DNA of 63,999 bases, filler included, from Pelomyxa schiedti (taxonomy: Eukaryota; Protista; Evosea): assembly GCA_020536535.1 (NCBI GenBank). It is 7 parts of 7 records of this genome, joined end to end, with 100 filler letters (N's around TTAATTAATTAA, not from the genome) between each part and the next. Parts side by side here need not be neighbours in the genome. Positions count along the whole stretch, not along the records: positions 16,529 to 35,448 come from JAHLWZ010001114.1; positions 35,549 to 41,826 come from JAHLWZ010000126.1; 5 more parts are not named here. One strand, given 5' to 3'. Below are positions 24,201 through 37,011 of this stretch, one piece after another (within the stretch, counting starts at the first letter, position 1; every line of letters starts with the position of its first letter). The position numbers and the translations under genes are program-made. The notes beneath the pieces are model-generated. The model was not told the origin of the DNA. It searched no databases and was given only the letters and a program-made list of their open reading frames with translations.

Positions 24201-27200
24201 ATGTTCTGTTGGCTGGGAATCCACTTGATAGCATACCATTGAGGTTTAGGAGTGAGACATGGGGCGTTCTGAGAGAAGTTGTGAAGTACAGTGGAAATGC
24301 GGTGGAGTGGAAGACACACAAGTGCTTGATGGTAGGAGATGGTGCCGCTGGAAAAACAACTCTACTGCGGTGCATTATGGAGAAGAAAAATACTACCAAC
24401 GTAAAGAAGAATCTTGCTACCGATGGAGTTGCTGTTCACAGTTCGTTCCAACTACAAAATAGTGACCACTCCTGGGTTGCATGGGATTTAGGTATGTCTA
24501 GAACACATCTGGCTCCAGTCTCTAATTAATTTTAGGTGGACAAGATGTTTTGTACCCGTCTCACCAGTTCTTCTTATGCAGTAACTCAATTTTCATGCTA
24601 GTTTTTGATCTCTCACAACCCACTGCCCTGGAATGTCGTATTCCTCCAAAAATCACCTATTGGATACAACAACTATCAGCTTCCCAAAGTAAAACTACTC
24701 GGCACTGGCTGGATGACTCCGAAAAACCCAACATAGTTCTAGTTGGAACTCATCTCGATTCCACCAAACTGGAACTTGCTGCCTCCGCTTTGGTTCAGCT
24801 CAATGCAGCCCATAGTACCCTTTTTGCAGGTGTTTTTGGAGTCAGCCTTGCCAATGGAGACGGCTTACAGGTCACGCGTGAGGATCCACAGAAAGCCATC
24901 TCCATCAAGTATGGTGTACAAGCCATCATTGACCTTCTGGAAGTTCTTGGGGCAGATCAAAGGATCAGAGTCCCGCAAAGCTGGGTCGATTTTCACACTA
25001 CTCTGAGTGAACTCAAGAGTGATACTCTTCAATGGGCTGAATTTGTAGAATTTGGGAGAGACTTTGGAGTGGGAAAGCTTGACACACAGGAGGTTGAAAT
25101 TTCACTGTGTTCAGACTTTTTATCTGACTCTGGGACAATCATTCACTTCCGGCCTCACAACAAGGCCACACCTTTAAATAGTAGAGGTCTCGCAAATGCC
25201 TCTTCTATGGAACAGAGGCAGGGTACAAGTCAATTGCAGGAGTTGGTTGTGTTAAAGCCATCCTGGCTCTCACAAGTAATGACATCACTCATCACCATAT
25301 CTGGGAGTGCGATGTGGACGCTTGGGGGATGCGTGGAAGCCAACAAAATTTCCCACATATTCTCCAAGTTCCCTCCTGCAATCCACCTCACCTTAGTTGA
25401 TATCCTGGTGAAATTTGAGATTGTGAACAAGTTGCAGGATGGATCTTTACTTGTTCCATCCCTTCTCCCAGATACACTTCCGCAGACATCCGCAAATCAA
25501 ATGAAATTAGAGTCCTTCTGGTCTGTGACACCCGCAGAGGGGTATTCTCGGCCCACCACTGTGGCAATGAATGGAAGATCGATCAAATTCACCTTTCTCC
25601 CAATTGGCTTCTTCTCGCGGTTGATGGTTATGGTGCTTGGTGTACCTGGTGTTGTTCCTGTGCTATTGTGGAAGAATGGACTTTTAATTGAGAATTCCGA
25701 TGTCTCCCAAAGTTCACTATCCAAGCAAACTGTTCTCTTCACACACAAAGACAAGACCCACCTAATCGATATTTGCATGAGGACTGAGCAATCGAAACAT
25801 GAGGAAGGAAATACATCGTTTTGGAAAAAGAATAATTTACTTATCACCATCATGAATCTTCTGCACCAATATATCACATCGTTTTACAGTAGCCTCCTAG
25901 GATCCATGGTACAATCATTCCCTTGTCCACACTGTTTGTGGGAATTTTCTCAGTATCGTGATCAACCCCTTCCTCCAATAAATCAACCAACAGCTACAAG
26001 TTCCACAGCCATGCCACCAGATATCTTTTATTTTACACACAGGAATATTGTTGACGCATGCGAAACTGGATCCAAGACTCTCCTCTGTGGGAAGGCACAA
26101 ACAAGTTCCCACAGTGATATGGAAAGCTGTATAGAAATTTCTCTGATCGCTCCGGATATTACTCTGGATCATGTACCTATAATTGACATTGGCGATATCA
26201 ACTTCAGTACATCACGAAATCCAGAAAAGAAGGAATCCACTTCCAGCCGAACCTCCAAAGAGGAAATGCGAGGTGGGTTTGGGAAAGTTGCTCGAGGAGA
26301 ATGGAGAGGGCATGCTGTAGCAGTAAAGGAGCCTTTGAAGGAGATTTCACCCAACAGCCTGTCTAGCTTTGTTTGTGAGATATCGCTCATGAATACTCTC
26401 TCCACGCATCCAAATATTGTCAGGTTCTTTGGAGCATGCCTTCAACCCACCCTCCGGTTAGTAATGGAGTTTGTACTTCCCGTTGTACCTCCTCATCTCA
26501 GTCAAATTCTGGGAGCTGAAACAACTATTAACAAGCCAGATTTAAGTGCATTGATAGAAATTTGCATCACCAAGGGTAACAACACATCAGCCGTTTTGGA
26601 CCAGGTACTCCCAATGAGTATGAGGAGGAAGATTCTGCGAGATATTGCACAGGGATTGAATCACCTTCACAGCCAAGTACCTCCAGTTCTACATGGAGAC
26701 CTGCACGCAGGTATTTATGTTTGTCTCCCTTTTCAACCCATTAACTCAGAAAAGGAAACATTTTCATCTCTTCCCTGGATGAAGCCGGGCCAGGTCCATG
26801 GGCAAAAGTTTGTTTCTCATACAGTATTCTTATATCTAATCAAACTCCCAGCTTGCCGATTTTGGTCTGTCACAGACCCTCTATTCCGGACTTTCGCATA
26901 GTATTCAAACAACTATGTCAAGTATCAACGTGTATGCCCCTGAAGTTCTAGCTTCCTCCAAGTGCGATACCAAAGCCGATGTGTGGAGTTTTGGTATATT
27001 TTGATCCGCTTATGTTATATAAATATTACAAAACTGCCGTTATATTTGGATTTTAAAAAACCAAAACCCAGCTTTCTCACCAAATCCAGGAATGGTTGCC
27101 CGGACACTTGTGGATCCGCTCACATCACCATTCTCAGAACTCTCCAACAACCCCGAGTATGCCCGGCTCCAGACCGTGAATGGGCAGCCGGCAATACAGT

Positions 27201-27475
27201 TCAAGTCCCTACAAATAGCCAAGGGCCTAATCACAGGTGCCATCATCCCAACCCTCGGTACCCAAAGGCAATCACAATCACACCACTCACTGTCGCCAGC
27301 AGAAGCAACAACAACAACCACCACACCACCATCATTGTCACTGTCACACACAGCCACAACACCCCCCCCGCCGCAGTGGGCAGTGGTTCTGGTACACAGC
27401 TGTTGTGTTACCAACCCTGTTACAAGACCAACTGTGCACCACCTGCTCTCTTCACCTGGTATTTTTCAAGATTGA
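21235..27475 (+). CDS. Roco (LRRK-like) protein: degenerate Ras-like N-region, LRRs, Roc-COR, TKL kinase; start uncertain
   Basis: LDLSYNNTKELP LRR; KCLMVGDGAAGKTTLL; WDLGGQ; LVGTHLD; COR motifs (PSWLS, FLPIGFFSRL); GGFGKV, VAVKE, HPNIV, HGDL, DFGLS, APE. Confidence 0.9.
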
Positions 27476-27612
27476 AAAGGTGGGAAATGTTTGTATCCTT
27501 GTATGATATTAAAAAAAACACCAAGTAGGATTAAATTATCCACCTTGGTAGAGCTTGTGGACTTCGGAGGCAAGGCTTTCCAGTAACCCATCCACATTTC
27601 CGGTCGGGAAGC

Positions 27613-29340
27613 TTATGGGATATGTTCAGGTGTTTGCGTGGTGTGAGTCTTGAGAGGCCTTTGTAGAATGGTCTGTGCCACTTCCCGCAAGAAGAATGGC
27701 GGAAGCTGCAACAGGGACGAACCGGCACCAGCCCGCGGTAGCCCCGCAACAAGTACTGTGATCGCTTTGCTTTGCCGGTCAAGCAGCCGCGTGATGATAG
27801 GCATGATGTCATCGCAGGAAGTGCCCCTTTGTATTGCACAGAGGGCGTAGCCGTGGGCTGATGATATGCTGACTTTTCTTATACCTTCTGTGGCTTCCAG
27901 GTAGCACTTGGCGAGCCTTGTGTGTTGTTAGGGATGGCAGTTGAATGTGAACATACTTGGCAGGGGCTTTAGGGCACCCAGCTTCAACAGATAAATGCAG
28001 GCACAAGAGTGCAAGGTCCTCTTTTTCCGGAATTTGGAGGTATGAAGATGGTTCTGCAAACAGTCCAGTGATACTTGTGCATGCTTGGACAGAACCACAC
28101 CTTGCAACCTTTAAAAAAAGCTTTACAGCTTTGTTCGTCTCCTGCGGGACCAAGCTGGTGCCGAATATATGTCTTCCAGCCAAAGACATAATTGCATTAT
28201 GGCCCCCATACTTTGCAGAAGCTGTAACCAACTCGATGATTTTGGCATCTTCGTAATCAGGGTCATGTCCTTCCTTATTTTGCACTTGGTGAAATGAAAA
28301 ATGTAGTTGAACAAAAATTCATACGCTTTCCAGCAATGCAAGATTGAACATAGCGAGAATATTTCCTTTGTCAATCGCTTTTTGGTACATCTCTTTTGAT
28401 TTGGCGACGTCTCTAGTTACTCCCAATCCAGTCTCATATGAGACGCCCAAACTAAACGTTCCATTGACGTTTCCAAGCTCTGAACACTCTTCAAATGTTT
28501 TAACTGCCTTGGAATAGTCGACGGGGCAGCCAGCAAATCCAAAAGAGTAATAAACGGCAAGCTGAATATGCTGAGGTTTCAAGGAAAACAACAACAACAA
28601 AAAAAAAAAAACCGAAACAGAACAGACCTGGTGATGGGATATTATATACCACCGGCTGGTTTCCGGTATAGTTTGAATATAGTTGAAGGCAATAGGATCA
28701 TTGTGGATGATGAATCTGAGAATATGTTGGTATACAAACAGATTAGCGGGTGAAAGAATATCAAAGGTTAATCAACTTGAGGCACAAAATGTGCATAATC
28801 TTGGCGGCGTCGGACATGTTTTCAGATGCAGGGAAGTGAGTATCCAAGAACCTCTTTGTTCTCATCACAGCTGCCGGGCAAGCAGCAAGAGATTCCAGTG
28901 AAGGGTAAGTTGTCAGCCTCATGTCTTTCCTATGCAGTTGCACTTGAGGCATGGTGGGGTGTATCACCTTCTGTAAGAACACAATGGCAGGTCCATGAGC
29001 CCTCTCTATTGTGCTCCTAACAACCCTCAATAAACGTGCATGATCAGCAGTCAATCCACTTCCAATATTTGATGTTCCACAGCCGCAGTCATCACAATCC
29101 CCATAATTACATTTCGCGTGGGACGACGCTGGATCACCTCCCGCGTCCGCATTAATATTGTCAGTGTCACAACACTCCGTCTGTGGCTTTTTCCTCTTGT
29201 AGAAGTTGAAAGCGGAACGAGAGCGCAGCAGAGCGCGACCCACAATGTCGCAACATTCGTCCATGTGCCCGCTCTCAAATGTACTAATTGCGCGCAACAG
29301 CAGACCGTCCGCTTCTTCCTCCCATAACGCTTCCGTCCAC
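27613..29340 (-). CDS. Sel1-repeat protein (multi-exon; 5' end unresolved)
   Basis: GTFSLGVSYETGLGVTRDVAKSKEMYQKAIDKGNILAMFNLA and further Sel1-like units. Confidence 0.7.
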
Positions 29341-30699
29341 TGTCATGTTAGAAGATCCGTTACAAAATATACACACACGCACACCGTTTGGGTGCGGAGC
29401 ACGTTTCATCGTCACAGGCAGTTATCTACTTCCCATAAGCCTGATTGAGCCAGCCCGATGGAGAGAGATAAGACAACTCAGCTCTGCAGAGAGCTGGAAG
29501 TACCTGGGTTTCTTGATTCCCTCGTTGTTCCTGGCTCCTTTCTTCGGCTTTCCAGGCAGGCCAACTTGGAGCTCAGGGACAGATGGCAATCGTTCGAGGC
29601 TCAGTATCTCTTCCGTTTTTATCGCCGGCGCACGAACGAATGGTGTTGTCGTCAGTTGCTGTGTTGGACCGGGGGGTGTGCCAGCTGATGTCGACCAAGG
29701 GGGGCGGGGTCGTGACGGGGTGCGCGGTGGTCGTGTGCCCGCCAACGACGNNNNNNNNNNNNNNNNNNNNNNNNNNNNNNNNNNNNNNNNNNNNNNNNNN
29801 NNNNNNNNNNNNNNNNNNNNNNNNNNNNNNNNNNNNNNNNNNNNNNNNNNGCACGAACGAATGGTGTTGTCGTCAGTTGCTGTGTTGGACCGGGGGGTGT
29901 GCCAGCTGATGTCGACCAAGGGGGGCGGGGTCGTGACGGGGTGCGCGGTGGTCGTGTGCCCGCCAACGACGTCGGGGTGGAAGCCTGGCCGCCTGCACTC
30001 ACTAGTGTTGGTGTTGGTGTTGGTGCTAGCGTGCTGTCTTGTGACTTTTTGTTGAATATTACACACAGTTGGCTTCAATGCCATCCCCATCCAACCGGAT
30101 ATAATTATATTATGGGCCGCACAGTACAGAGTTGCAAGCTTAATAGTGCTAAATCAATAATGAAGTGCTATGTAATACGGTAATATAACTTGTTCTTTGC
30201 GAACAAAAAAAAAGGCCTGTGCAATATGGGATGGTTGTGAAATTGACCGAGGTTGCACTGCTTATTGACACAATATTATCGAGAAAATTGCCAAGGGATT
30301 ACTTGTACTTCTGTGACAATCAGTGTATGCTGTTGCCGCTTCCTTTTATTCTATTATTGCTGCTCCCGGCTCATTGTGTTCAAGACTTGGTGACAACCAT
30401 CCGGGAACACTCGATGTACGCCCGAAATACAAATACACAAAAAGGTGGTGACTTACTACTGGGAAAGCTGGACAATTACATTTTCATTGCCTTGTGCGTT
30501 TTTCTTTCTTCCAACTTCACTTATTTTTACTAATACTCACTTCAGAACAAGTTCCAACGCTGTAAGGAACACTGCTATAGCAGCTTTTGAACAATTCCTT
30601 GATGGAGTAAAATAAACACACATGACGGGATTCCATCAGTTCATGGGGGTTAGCTCCTAGTTCCCGAAGCAGCAACAGACCAGAGTTGGCTGGGCTTCA

Positions 30700-31630
30700 T
30701 AGTGATCGTCCGCCATTTTGACAGCCGGCTGTGGGGGCTTCAATGTGGGAATATCTGGAAGGTCATACTTGAGGTACGGGTGCCTCTCAAGTGGAGCTGG
30801 AGCTGTGGAATTGATTAAATTTCCGTACTTTCCAATTAAGATAAGATACTAAAAGCAAAAAAAACAAAAAACTACATACTCATGTTCTCAGCCCGCTCCT
30901 TTGCCTTCTTTGAAGCGGCAATGCGAGCATCAAGGTTCAATGACTCCGTATGTTTATCAGAAGGGTGGTAAACAGGCTCCTCTGGCAACTCCAAGTGCTT
31001 CTTTACCTTGAGTGCACCCCCTCCAATATAAGCATACTCAGTGCTGCTGCTGCTCTCATTCACCTCAGTACTCACACCCCCGCTTGATGTTGCTGTTGCT
31101 GTTGCAGTTGCGGATGTGGATGTTGTTGCTGTGATTACGCGAGCATCCCTTGACCTCTTTGATGGCTTTCTGGCCTTCTTTCTATCATCATCGCCATCAT
31201 CCGCGTGTGACTTTGGCTTTGCAGCAGACTCCATGACAACCACAGGAGTCTCAACAACAATCTTGCTGCTCTTGCTTGCTTTTGTGTCGACGTCATCATC
31301 AACAACAACTGCATTGGAATCACGGTCGTCGTCATCGTCATCATCATCAGGCTTGTCACTGCTGTGGTGGCTGCTGTGATGGTGATGTGAGTCCTTGTGG
31401 CTGCTGTGGTGTGACTTGGTCTTCTTGGCCTTGGTACCACTGCTTTGTGGCTTGATTGTGTATTTGTGTTGTTGTTACAATGTGTAAGGTTTTTAGACAT
31501 TGCCAATAATGAGAGGGGAAAAAACAGGTAAATTAATTACACACAGTAGCCGAGGTCCTGAGATTAGTAGGTAGTAACACTGTCACTTCGTCACCCTCTT
31601 CATCGTCTACGATAGTACTGCTTGTTGACA
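30700..31630 (-). CDS. Hypothetical K/D/T-rich low-complexity protein (ends approximate)
   Basis: Long open exon ~30880-31500 flanked by GT/AG sites. Confidence 0.4.
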
Positions 31631-31798
31631 TTTTATTTTGGTGTCTGTGTGGCCCGTCTCAACCGCAACGAAGAGAAATATAATAATCGGTTCGATGGTG
31701 GTTTCGGTTGTTTTCTTTAGAAATCTTTCGAACCGTTCTACATCTTCTTAGAAAGCTCTCGTGATTAGTTGTGTGTGATGTTGATGGTGGGTCGGAGT

Positions 31799-33738
31799 CT
31801 ATTGGCGCCTCTTTGGGAGGTATTTCTTCTTCTCGGTCTGTTTGTTGTTGGTGTTTGTGGAGTGAGAATCACGGGAGGGTTATTACAATAACAATAATGG
31901 GGTGAAGAATAACAGAATTACACACAATTTCCCGTTCCATCCACCACATCTGTTGATTGGTTAGAATGGAAATAGTGGGCTTTCGGGTTACATACAGCAC
32001 CAAGGGCTGCTCCGCTCTTCTGCTTCACTTCATGTAAGTAGGCTGTTGCCTGTTCAAGCTTTGCCTCGGCCTCGGCTGCGGCTGCGGCTGTTTGGCGCTC
32101 AGCTTCCTCCACTGTGAACAATGTTAGTAATGAAACGAAATAAAAGATAAAAGAAGGGAAAGGGGTCGTTGTGTATGTTGGTGAAGTGGAAGTAGATAGG
32201 AAAGGGTATACCTTCTGCTTGCCGGGCTTCTGCATTGGCCTTGGCTTCTTCTGCAGCTGCTAATGCAGCCTCTGCGGCTCTTGCTGAGGCCGCGGCCGCC
32301 GTGGCGGCTTCCGAGGCTTTCTGAGATGCTGCTGCAGCGTCTGCGGCAGCTTTTTCTGCTTTCTTGACGGAGGCGGTCTGGTTAATCTTTGCTCGGCGAA
32401 GAGGAAGGGCTGGGGAAAGGTTAGTTTGAGTTCTTCGAAACTATGTTGAGGTGCTTACGGTCATCGGATTTGAGTTGCTCCAGCTAGGTAATACATTAGA
32501 CTGGAAAGTAACGGTATGAGGACGAGGAACCTCATTGGTAGCTTTATTGCGGGCCACTAGTCCTCCTGTTTTAATCGTATTTTCTAGAGCTTCCTTCTTC
32601 TTGACAACTCTGAAGTATACTTAGAAGTTATGTCACAATAATGGGGTATATACGCTTCTTCTTGATTCTGTAATTCACTAAGAGCGGCTTGAGATTCATC
32701 TGCTGCAGCGCGGGATGCTGCTGCAGCTTTATCAGCGGCGGCTGCGGCAGCGGCAGAGGCTTCTGCAGTTTCCTTCGCCTCGGCCTCTTTGGTTTTTGCT
32801 TCAGCCTGAACCTGTTACTAAAATCACAGACGCATGAAAACCTACCGCACTAGACTTTGCCTGGGCTGCCGCAGTTTGTGCTTGTGCGACAATAGGCTTT
32901 TGTTCCTCGAGTTTTTTCATCTAGAACTAGATTATAAAACACTAAGGTAAAGAAAAATCAACCATTTCAGTCACAGCAGCTTGAGCAGAATCCACCATCT
33001 CCTGAGCTTTATTCATTTCTGCTTGGTTGCCTCCTTGTGGGGCTCTGATCAGCTGATCTACACTCTTCTTATACCGGAACAGTAGATACTCACACAAGCT
33101 CATCTTCTTGTTATTATCTGTAACCCATTAGATTCTAATTTATTCGTAAATATTGTCCGAACCAACATCAATCTGCCTGAGTTTTTCTCGCAGAGCAACT
33201 ACTGTCAATGTTTCTCCAAGAGACTCCAAGAACTGTAAGTGTTAAAGGGTGGCTCAAAAGTGAAAGAAAAGCACCTTGTGTGACCAGAATCTGGGTTTAA
33301 AATGTTAAAGTGTGACAAAAATTGCTCAGAACTCACTCATCAAGTTCCTGTCCTGCACTATGTGCCTCTGGGTCCAGTTCACCGAATTTCTGCACAAAAC
33401 CCCAGATCGTTTCAGCATCTCGTTCCACCTCATCCCAAAATCCTATGAGAAGTTGTAAGCTTTTTTTTTACAGAAAGTACATTCGGCGATATATATTTCG
33501 CTAACGAATTTCAAGGCAAGCTCAGCCACATATGTAGCATAAAAGCATATCCAAACAGCAAAAAGAGAATATCATTTTTACAACTTGACAATATGCAATA
33601 TTGAAATTGTAATATACAATTGTGCTCCCATAATAATGACACACCGTTGAGGAACCAAACAGCCTGACCAGCATAATGCTTCCCTGTGATTTCCTTCCAT
33701 TTGGCCATTTGCGCCGCAGTAACTTTAGCCGCTGCCAT
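31799..33738 (-). CDS. Amoebozoan EF-hand actin-bundling protein (Dictyostelium 34-kDa AbpB-like) with Ala-rich coiled coil
   Basis: QAVWFLNG-FWDEV, IDVDNNKKMSLCEYLLFRY EF-hand, C-terminal GAMWWMERELTEKKKYLPKRRQ. Confidence 0.8.
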
Positions 33739-33922
33739 GGTGACAGAATTTAGCTATTATGGGAGTTTGTCTGCTGTGGTTTTTGTTGTCTTTATGTCTG
33801 TTTCAAGTTGAACGAACAAAACCGCGGTCGTGTCCCTTGTGTGGTTTTTTGTGTTATTCCCTGTTTCCACTAAAACAGTGAATAATCAAAAAAATGGGTT
33901 ATTTTTTGGTTCGAGGGTATTA

Positions 33923-34865
33923 TTAGTGCTTGGAAATGAAAGCCTTGAGGGTGGCCAGAACCATTGGCTGATCGCGTGATACAGCATTTACAAGGTACGT
34001 GGGTACCCATCCCTTGGGATCAAGCTGTACAATGTAGTTCACTTCTTGTCCTCCATCTATTGGTTTTAGTTAGTTTTTTGTTGGTTTGGAAGGGATCGGT
34101 AGTTGTTTTGGGTATGTGGGATTTCTTGGTTGATGCCGTACCTGGTGTTGGTGCAATGATAAATGCTCCAAGAGTTTCACCACGGACTGAATAACAGGTT
34201 ACTATGCATAATAATATTAAGTTTGAGGGATACCAAACCCGGGTTCAGGAGGGATTCCAGCGTCAACTGACTTGGCCAGGCTCACGGCAGAGTTTTCCTT
34301 TCCAGTGTAAGGTTGAAAAACAAAAAGAAGTAAATTTACTGCCGTATTCATCACAGCGTAGTTGATGCAAACAAAGTCTCTATTGGAAACAAATCTACTA
34401 CCAGAATTGTACTTCAGATGTACAATTTCAAGGCAATTACCTGCAGTTGTGAGTATCGTTGTCAAGTAGTAAAAGGTATAACCATTATCATCTTTGCTAA
34501 TTTCTTGCTTGACAATCCCCTCAATTCGGGATGGGTCATAATCCTTGGCATCAGACCCAGAAACGATATCCAAAATTTTCCTTGTTGTAGTGAGCCCCGG
34601 TTCGAATTTGACTTGTCCTCTCATGTAGTTTATTGAGCTCCCATCGTTATATGAATATATGCTAACACCTTGCTCTTCACCAACCTACGCATATACAAGT
34701 TACTAAATGAGGTGCATCATAAAGTAAAAGAAAAAGGAAAAGTATGTATTGTAAATGAGCTGCCAATACAAAAATAAAAACCTTTTTCCACTTGAAATTC
34801 ATTGCAACTTTGATGTCTTCATGTGCCTTGTGTGCCACTGTGTCCCATGATTCCACGGCTGCCAT
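33923..34865 (-). CDS. START-domain lipid-transfer protein
   Basis: VSNRDFV, PPEPGFVRG, YIVQLDPKGWVPTYLVN. Confidence 0.85.
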
Positions 34866-35548
34866 CCTCAACAACAATTCAAATCAATCAAACACACAAG
34901 CGGTTTTTTTTTGGCTTTTCGTTTCATCGTTTGTGGGTGCAAACTTTGCATAGCGTCAGCCGTCATAACGCGTGACGCCGAGGGAATTGTGGGTCAACGA
35001 GGGTCACTAGGTCATCAGTCTCATTCTTGATTGTTCTGTGAAGGCTCTTCCGTGTTCTGTTCAAAAAGGGTGTGGCGTTTTGGTTCTTTCAAAGTGCAAA
35101 TATAACTTGTACTACTGTACAGTTGGCTGCCTGAGGAAATCCCAGTGGGGTTCAATGTGTGCACTCCTTTGCTCCGCGAATCGATGCAGGAAGGTTCAGA
35201 TTGGTTCCCACATAACAATAATTTTTTTTTTTTTTTTGTGTCTTTGGGTTTTTTTTTCCTTGATGCAAGGAGGGAGTATGTGGGGATAATTTAATAGTGG
35301 AACAGTTGGTTTGTTTCTTGGATTGGAGTGGTGGATCACAGAGGGCAAGCGTACTTGCTCTTCATCCATCTGTGTGGCCAATGAGTTCTGATGGGAGAAA
35401 AGTGTTTGGAAGGGAAAGAAGTTAACACACAGGGTGTATTCGCAGAGGNNNNNNNNNNNNNNNNNNNNNNNNNNNNNNNNNNNNNNNNNNNNTTAATTAA
35501 TTAANNNNNNNNNNNNNNNNNNNNNNNNNNNNNNNNNNNNNNNNNNNN

Positions 35549-35791
35549 GGCGGAGGCGGCCTTGGGGCAGACGACGAAGGCGTGGGGGGAGGCGGAGCAG
35601 TGGGTGTGGACGGTGCCCCCGCACGCGGAGCAGGTCGACGCGAGCTGCTTGGCCTTGCGGAGGTCGTCCGTGGTCTTGGGCGCGCCGGGCGCCGTGGTGT
35701 CGTACTTGCTGATGAGGTTGCCGCACTCCTTGCAGAACGCGTTCTTGGTCAGCACTGCTGCCTCCTTGAACGTGTGTGATGTACTTGCCAT
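35549..35791 (-). CDS. C1-like zinc-finger protein, N-terminal part (copy 1)
   Basis: H-x13-CKEC...CSAC-x4-H-x2-C-x9-C pattern. Confidence 0.65.
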
Positions 35792-36542
35792 GATTGCGGG
35801 AATATTATGTGTTTGCTTGTTTGTTTCTTTGGTGCGTGTTGGTTGTTGTTGGTTTTTTTTGTTTTCTTTGGGGAAAGAATTTCTTGGAATCCGGACAACG
35901 ACGGTTGGTGTGTGAATTCGCCGAGCTGATCTCAAAAAAAGTAGTGATGCACACCCAGAGGTGTGGTCTATTGGATTGATTGAGTTTTGAGTGTGTTCAC
36001 AGGCGCAGTTGGGCGGCTCTTGATTTCTTTTGCGTGGGTTCGCTTGTGGATTCCAGCCTTGCGGCAGTGCGTTTGGTTCCGGCTGCAGCATCCACGGCCG
36101 CGTGGTCCTGCAGAATCCCAAAGAACTTGGTGGATGTCATCCTTCCCGCAGGCTTCTTGCTGCTTGCGGCAGCGGTGGCACCGTCGCCTCCTGGGCCAGC
36201 CGGTGCCGTCGCGACGGTGTGGGTGCCGTGGGCAACTTGAGCAGCAAAGTCCGCGAGGGCCTTCTCCTTCTGCAGCTTCTTGCGGTATGATGCGGACTTC
36301 TTGGCTTTGGAGAGCTGGTAGCCGTGCTTGGCAATGAGTTCCTTTGGGTGGGGTTAGGAGCCCGGGAATGGTGGGGAAATGGTGAAATAAACCTTCTTTT
36401 GGGCAGATTTGGCGTGCCGGTGCAGTCGCTGTCTGTCATCGGNNNNNNNNNNNNNNNNNNNNNNNNNNNNNNNNNNNNNNNNNNNNNNNNNNNNNNNNNN
36501 NNNNNNNNNNNNNNNNNNNNNNNNNNNNNNNNNNNNNNNNNN

Positions 36543-36785
36543 GGCGGAGGCGGCCTTGGGGCAGACGACGAAGGCGTGGGGGGAGGCGGAGCAGTGGGTG
36601 TGGACGGTGCCCCCGCACGCGGAGCAGGTCGACGCGAGCTGCTTGGCCTTGCGGAGGTCGTCCACCGTCTTGGGCGCGCCGGGCGCCGTCGTGTCGTACT
36701 TGCTGATGAGGTTGCCGCACTCCTTGCAGAACGCGTTCTTGGTCAGCACTGCTGCCTCCTTGAACGTGTGTGATGAACTTGCCAT
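36543..36785 (-). CDS. C1-like zinc-finger protein, N-terminal part (copy 2 or allele)
   Basis: Near-identical to 35549-35791. Confidence 0.6.
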
Positions 36786-37011
36786 GATTGCTTGCGGGAA
36801 TATTATGTGTTTGCTTGTTTGTTTCTTTGGCGCGTGTCACACGAGCGGTGTTGGTTGTTGTTGGTTTTTTTTGGTTTTCTTTGGGGAAAGAATTTCTTGG
36901 AATCCGGACAACGACGGTTGGTGTGGCGAAATTCGCCGAGCTGATCTCAAAAAAAGTAGGGATGCACACCCAGAGGTGTTGTCTATTGGATTGATTGAGT
37001 TTTGAGTGTGT

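Noticed and set aside
29631-29970. 120-nt direct repeat
   Set aside because: Exact copies flank a 100-N gap, an unmerged contig overlap
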